Below are positions 8,952 to 13,097 of a stretch of DNA of 13,097 nt, piece by piece. The notes under the pieces are model-generated. The model was given only the letters and a program-made list of their open reading frames with translations, was not told where the DNA came from and made no database searches. Location: contig NW_021826347.1 of assembly GCF_006345805.1 (NCBI RefSeq), positions 1 through 13,097 on the forward strand. The letters are read 5' to 3'. A program made the position numbers and the translations under genes. Source of the stretch: Octopus sinensis (taxonomy: Eukaryota). Every line of letters starts with the position of its first letter. The stretch's first letter is position 1.

Positions 8952-8982
<31 letters not shown>

Positions 8983-9306
8983 CACACATTTACCTTATCA
9001 ATTCCGGCTTCGGTGGGTCATCCTAATCAACTTAGTCATCTTGATAACGATCCTTCTCATCCCCAAGTGATTAACATTCAAGTAATTAAAATTTCTTCCC
9101 TTTCTACAGCGCACGTATTATGCTGCACCTAGCTTCACTATTTACTTTGCTTGCAGAAGGCAACCCTGGGTATCTGCCGCTATTTAAAAACGTTTTCTGA
9201 AATTTTTGTGAGCCTGATATTACAGGACGGTCAGTCATGGCTGGAAGATCAGTTAGCGCTGATCTGGACTGAAGTAACAAGCCCTATTTATAACAGGCCT
9301 CTGGAC

Positions 9307-9580
9307 TAGTGCTCCGCAGCCAGCATGCCGCGGCACACTGGCGTGCGACGAGACTATGCTAGGCGTGCCGGAGTGTAACCTGAATATAATTTTTTCCCCT
9401 ATACTTTTAGTTACATTTGTAGATCAGGTGTGTGGCACACTGGTGTGTCACGAGGCGATGCTAGGTGTGCCGCAGTATAACCTGAATATAAATTTCCCCC
9501 CTATATTTTTAGATCAGGTGTGCGGCACACTGGTGTGCCACGAGGCGATGCTAAGTGTGCCGCAGTGTAATCTGAATATA
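9307..9580 (+). mobile_element. Probable hAT terminus with ~2.6 tandem subterminal units (90-102 bp)
   Basis: TAGTGCTCCGCAGCC resembles the hAT TIR at 10634 and is preceded by CTCTGGAC. The near-palindrome GGCACACTGGTGTGCC recurs from ~9332, 9434 and 9524. It ends at (TA)n, and no second terminus is seen. Confidence 0.55.
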
Positions 9581-9781
9581 TATATATATATATATATGCA
9601 AAATGAGAAAATGGAGAAATATATCTAAATCATTCATCAACTATCTGATAATACCGAATCATATACTTTATTAAAACACTACACAAGAGCATTAAGATTA
9701 GACATTAATACAGTACAACAATTACAATCAATATAATGAGATATAACTAAATAAATATAACAAGATATAAAAATACAAATT

Positions 9782-9909
9782 CATTATAACTGACAGCTGT
9801 TTCGGCCATGCAGATAGGTATGTCTCATTTAACCCATATTAGCCATATATTGCAGGTATAAATGACACATTAACAAAATTATCTTACGGCCTCTTCGGAG
9901 ATTCTAATG
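9782..9909 (-). ncRNA. Type I hammerhead ribozyme (variant core CCGAAGA), probably in a PLE pLTR remnant (~9630-10112)
   Basis: On the minus strand: CATTAGAATCT-CCGAAGA(9898-9892)-GGCCG...TGGCC-GAAA-CAGCTG-TC-AGTTATAATG. The GUC triplet is at 9794-9792, stem I has one bulge and one mismatch, and AATAAA lies downstream at 9672-9667. Confidence 0.75.
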
Positions 9910-10108
9910 TAAGTATGAGTACATACCCAAAAAATCATTTATGGTAAAATTTATGGTAAAAATAATTTTACCGTTGCCCACCTAATACAGTAAATGAATT
10001 AATTGCATCGCAATTCTTAACATTTATGTATTAGCTTTGTTGGGTACTTCTCTAGCAGTATATTGGATATATGTTATCCCATGAAGGGTTGAATTTACAC
10101 CCCTATCT

Positions 10109-10155
<47 letters not shown>

Positions 10156-10249
10156 ATTATAGATGTGGTGTGTGTGTGTTTTTGTGTACATTTGTTGTGT
10201 GTATATATATATAAACACACCCACCCATTTATATATCTGTGTATATATA

Positions 10250-10289
<40 letters not shown>

Positions 10290-10730
10290 TATATGTTTAT
10301 ATATAAAAAATTAGAAAAAACCCCACCTTTTATCAATTCAAGATGAACAATTAAATTACACCATCTAGAAAATTACATATAATAGAAGTATTAAAATAAC
10401 AATAAAATATCAATGATAATATTTATATACATATGCATATATACACAGCCTATACACATGCATATATACACGGCATACGAAAAGTTAACGGCTGTAATCC
10501 ATGCATTGACGAGAGTCGTGTATTTCGGATACACGCTCTGTCTTCTCACGTAATCCCCGTTGTCAAAGACCAAGCACACTTTACGAGCCTTGCCTTTCCT
10601 TGCCGCATAGATTCTGACTAACATCCTCTAGAGCAATGGTTCTCAACCTAAGTTCATAGGGCACCTCAAGGATCCCTATAAAAGTTTTGAGTGTCCATGT
10701 AGCAAAATAGTAATTTAGAGATTCACAATA

Positions 10731-10847
10731 AGTTAATTTTTTGGCGCAAAAAGCAAGGCCATGTAGGGGGACATGGATTTATGTACAGGGAGGGTGTCCA
10801 TGCAAAGAGTTCAGGCCATTTCTGGTCAAGAGAGACTTTGAACCGAA
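10731..10847 (-). mobile_element. Short 3' tail of a CR1-like LINE
   Basis: Near-identical to 11103-11227. The minus strand reads RFKVSLDQKWPELFA followed by the 3' UTR. Confidence 0.85.
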
Positions 10848-11015
10848 TATGTGTGTCTATATATATATTATATATATATATATATATATGTATATTTGTA
10901 ACTATGTATAAATTGATAAAACACGTACACGTTTCTGAGTGTAAATGTGTTAAAATGCTAATGTATGTGTGAGTGTGTATATATATGTGTGTGTGTGTGT
11001 GTGTATATATATATG

Positions 11016-11102
11016 TTGGGTTGTCCGGAAAGTTTGTGCCGATTTTTAAAGGAAAGAAAAAGGTCAATAAATACTTGCCATTACATTTTTAATCAACCAA
11101 AT
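11016..11102 (+). mobile_element. Single mariner-like terminus fragment
   Basis: TTGGGTTGTCCGGAAAGTTTGTGCCGATTTT follows the TTnGGTTG...AAAGT...TGCnGnTTTT pattern of mariner TIRs such as Hsmar1/MADE1 (recalled). No partner TIR is seen in the window. Confidence 0.5.
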
Positions 11103-11570
11103 AGTTAAGTTAATTTTTTGGCTCAAAAAGCAAAAAGCAAGGCCATGTAGGGGGACATGGAATTATGTACATGGAGGGTGTTCATGCAAAGAGTTCAGGC
11201 CATTTCTGGTCAAGAGACTTTGAACCGAACAGTCGTCGGCATCTTCACTATCTCGTCCGGCAGCTTATTCCACGGATCCGCAACCCGGACAGAGAAAGCC
11301 CCTCTCCTTCGACTGAGATGAAATCGTCGCAGATAGAGCTTTTCGGAGTGACCCCGCAGCCTACGCTCTGGAGCAGGAGTGAAGAACAGCTCTTTCGAGA
11401 GGTTACACTTTCCACTTATGATGTTGTGTGCAAGAATGAGATCACCACGGCGTCGTCGTTTCTCGAGAGAATAAAGGTCGAGCGTCTTCAGCCTTTCTTC
11501 ATAAGACAAATGCTTGAGACCAAGAACCATGTGGGTATCCAGCTTCTGGACTCTTTCGAGATGATGTATT
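11103..11570 (-). mobile_element. 5'-truncated CR1-like LINE (ORF2 C-terminus, 3' UTR and (TAACT)n tail)
   Basis: HHLERVQK..MVLGLKHLSYEERLKTLDLYSLEKRRRRGDLI...RGH...FSVRVADPWNKLP...FK is the characteristic post-RT C-terminus of CR1-type ORF2. Confidence 0.9.
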
Positions 11571-11856
11571 TTAAGGGCCCCTGAAAAAATTTTGGTTTGG
11601 GTGTATGTATCGGTTATGTATTGCCAGAAACAGCTGGGTTTCTTTCGCTAATATTTTTCCATTGTTCAACCTACACAAGTTAATGTGTGGAAAACAAAAT
11701 AGGAATTTTGAAAGAAGTTTCTATAAAACTAGTTTTTAAACATCAAATGGTTGTAGGGGTCAACCAGAATAAAATAGTAATCGAAGGGGTCCATAGATAA
11801 GAAATGACTTTGAACCCCTGCTATGGATGTATGTATTGGTATGTATCGCAAGAAAA

Positions 11857-12087
11857 GGCGGCTAGCTGGCAGAAATGTTAGCACGCCGGGCGAAATGCTT
11901 TGCGGTATTTCGTATGCCGCTATGTTCTGAGTTCAAATTCCGACGAGGCCGACTTTGCCTTTCATCCTTTCGGGGTCGATAAATTAAGTACCAGTTACGC
12001 ACTGGGATCGATATAATCGACTTAATCCGTTTGTCTGTCCTTGTTTGTCCTCTCTGTGTGTAGCCCCCTGTGGGTAGTAAAGAAATA
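11857..12087 (+). mobile_element. Second tRNA-related SINE family, full length with TSD
   Basis: Head GCTGGCAGAA...GAGTTCAAATTCC (box B-like) and central CGACTTTGCCTTTCATCCTTTCGGGGTCGATAAA, which resembles a conserved SINE central domain (recalled, unverified). 19-bp TSD GGTATGTATCGCAA(G/A)AAAA at 11838-11856 and 12088-12106. Confidence 0.85.
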
Positions 12088-12343
12088 GGTATGTATCGCA
12101 AAAAAAGAGCTAGGTTCCTTTCTCTGACATTTTACATTGTTCAACCTACACAAGTTAATGTGTGGAAAACAAAATAGGAATTTTGAAAGAAGTTTCTATG
12201 AAACTAGTTTTTAAACATTGAATGGCTATAGGGGTCCACCAGAATGAAATAGTAATCAAAAGGGTCCATAGATAAAAAATGGTTGAGAACCTCTGCTCTA
12301 GAGCTTTCCACTAAATCGTCTTTCAAATGTATATGGGATCGCT

Positions 12344-12610
12344 CTTGTGAGTGGATTTGGTAGATGGAAACTGAAGGAAGCCCGTCGGATATATGTATGT
12401 ATATATATATATGTGTGTGTGTGTGTTTGTGTGTCTGTGCTTGTCCTCTCCACCCCAACATCGCTTGACATCCGATGCTGGTGTGTTTACGTCCCCGTAA
12501 TCTAGCGGTTTACAAAGTTTACAAAGAATAAGTCCTTGGCTCGATTTGCTCTACTAAAAGGTTGTGCTGCAGCATGGCCACAGTCATATTACTGAAATAA
12601 GTAAAAGAAT
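12344..12610 (+). mobile_element. SINE copy F, 5'-truncated and diverged
   Basis: Runs from CTTGTGAGTGGATTTGGTAG to the tail. It has an internal deletion with a duplicated TTTACAAAG. Confidence 0.85.
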
Positions 12611-12659
12611 ACATACATACCCGCCGTTACTGCAGCCACTCCATGTCTCCGCCATTCGT

Positions 12660-13020
12660 TCACTTCAAGTTTGCTGTTGTTGTTCTTCTTCTTCTTCCTC
12701 TTCCTCTTCACGTCTCTCCTCCTTCTTATTCCACCTCCTACACAACCAGAATTTGCATCTCTTACTCCCACCACCACCACCACAATCCCCTCCTACATCT
12801 TTCCACATCCACCCCTTCCCACACCCCCTCCTGAATTTACCTCCCGCTCCACCCACCCACCCTTACCCCACCCTCATCAATGTCTCTCCTGAATTTATTT
12901 TTTTTTCCTTCTCCACCTCGCCCTGCCCACCCCCAGCCAGCCCCCGCTCTTTCGTGTGGGGGTGGACTGAGGTGGGCAGGGGTTGGGATCGGGGTGTGGT
13001 GTGGGTGGGGGTGGGGGGTG
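12660..13020. repeat. Low-complexity pyrimidine/C-rich tract switching abruptly to a G-rich tract
   Basis: (GTT)n, (CTT)n, (CCA)n and C-runs up to ~12947, then G-runs at 12958-13018. Confidence 0.8.
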
Positions 13021-13097
13021 ATGGGATATGTTTTAGACTTGTCTTGTACCCGATGACCCCGGCATAATAATGCTTAAACCGTCTAACACCAGCCATC

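Larger units (their letters stand above)
10634..12295 (+). mobile_element. Non-autonomous hAT (Charlie-like) element expanded by nested insertions
   Basis: TIRs CAATGGTTCTCAACC / GGTTGAGAACCTCTG match at 13/15. Perfect 8-bp TSD CTCTAGAG at 10626-10633 and 12296-12303. Confidence 0.9.

Noticed and set aside
9085-9115. Strong-looking 3' splice acceptor TTTCTTCCCTTTCTACAG
   Set aside because: No convincing downstream reading frame or donor, so an exon cannot be supported.
10391-10624. 77-aa minus-strand ORF in non-repetitive-looking sequence
   Set aside because: No recognisable motif, and its C-terminal part runs into microsatellite-like DNA.
11165-11584. 139-aa plus-strand ORF
   Set aside because: Antisense shadow of the CR1-like ORF2 on the minus strand.
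12564-13096. Pro/Ser/Gly/Glu-rich ORFs on both strands
   Set aside because: Derived from low-complexity tracts with no recognisable domain.

Overview
AT-rich, microsatellite-dense eukaryotic DNA made almost entirely of nested mobile-element remnants. The SINE families suggest an octopus or other coleoid cephalopod (inference from recalled sequence, not checked). No host protein-coding gene is supportable, and most ORF-track entries are (TA)n/(TG)n artefacts. Contents: the 3' part of a tRNA-Glu(TTC) at the window edge; a 170-bp minisatellite; six copies or fragments of a bipartite tRNA-derived SINE plus one copy of a second SINE family; a complete but dead IR-DR Tc1 (DD34E) transposon at 5461-7081; a Penelope-like element (GIY-YIG endonuclease remnant) inserted into the (TA)n tract of a SINE; a hairpin MITE; and a hAT MITE with a perfect 8-bp TSD carrying a composite CR1-LINE/mariner cargo. 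The most notable hidden signal is two complete type I hammerhead ribozyme folds (8013-8098 +, 9782-9909 -). Both have the non-canonical core CCGAAGA, a long rod-like stem II and a palindromic stem III. A third, broken copy lies at about 2482-2549.
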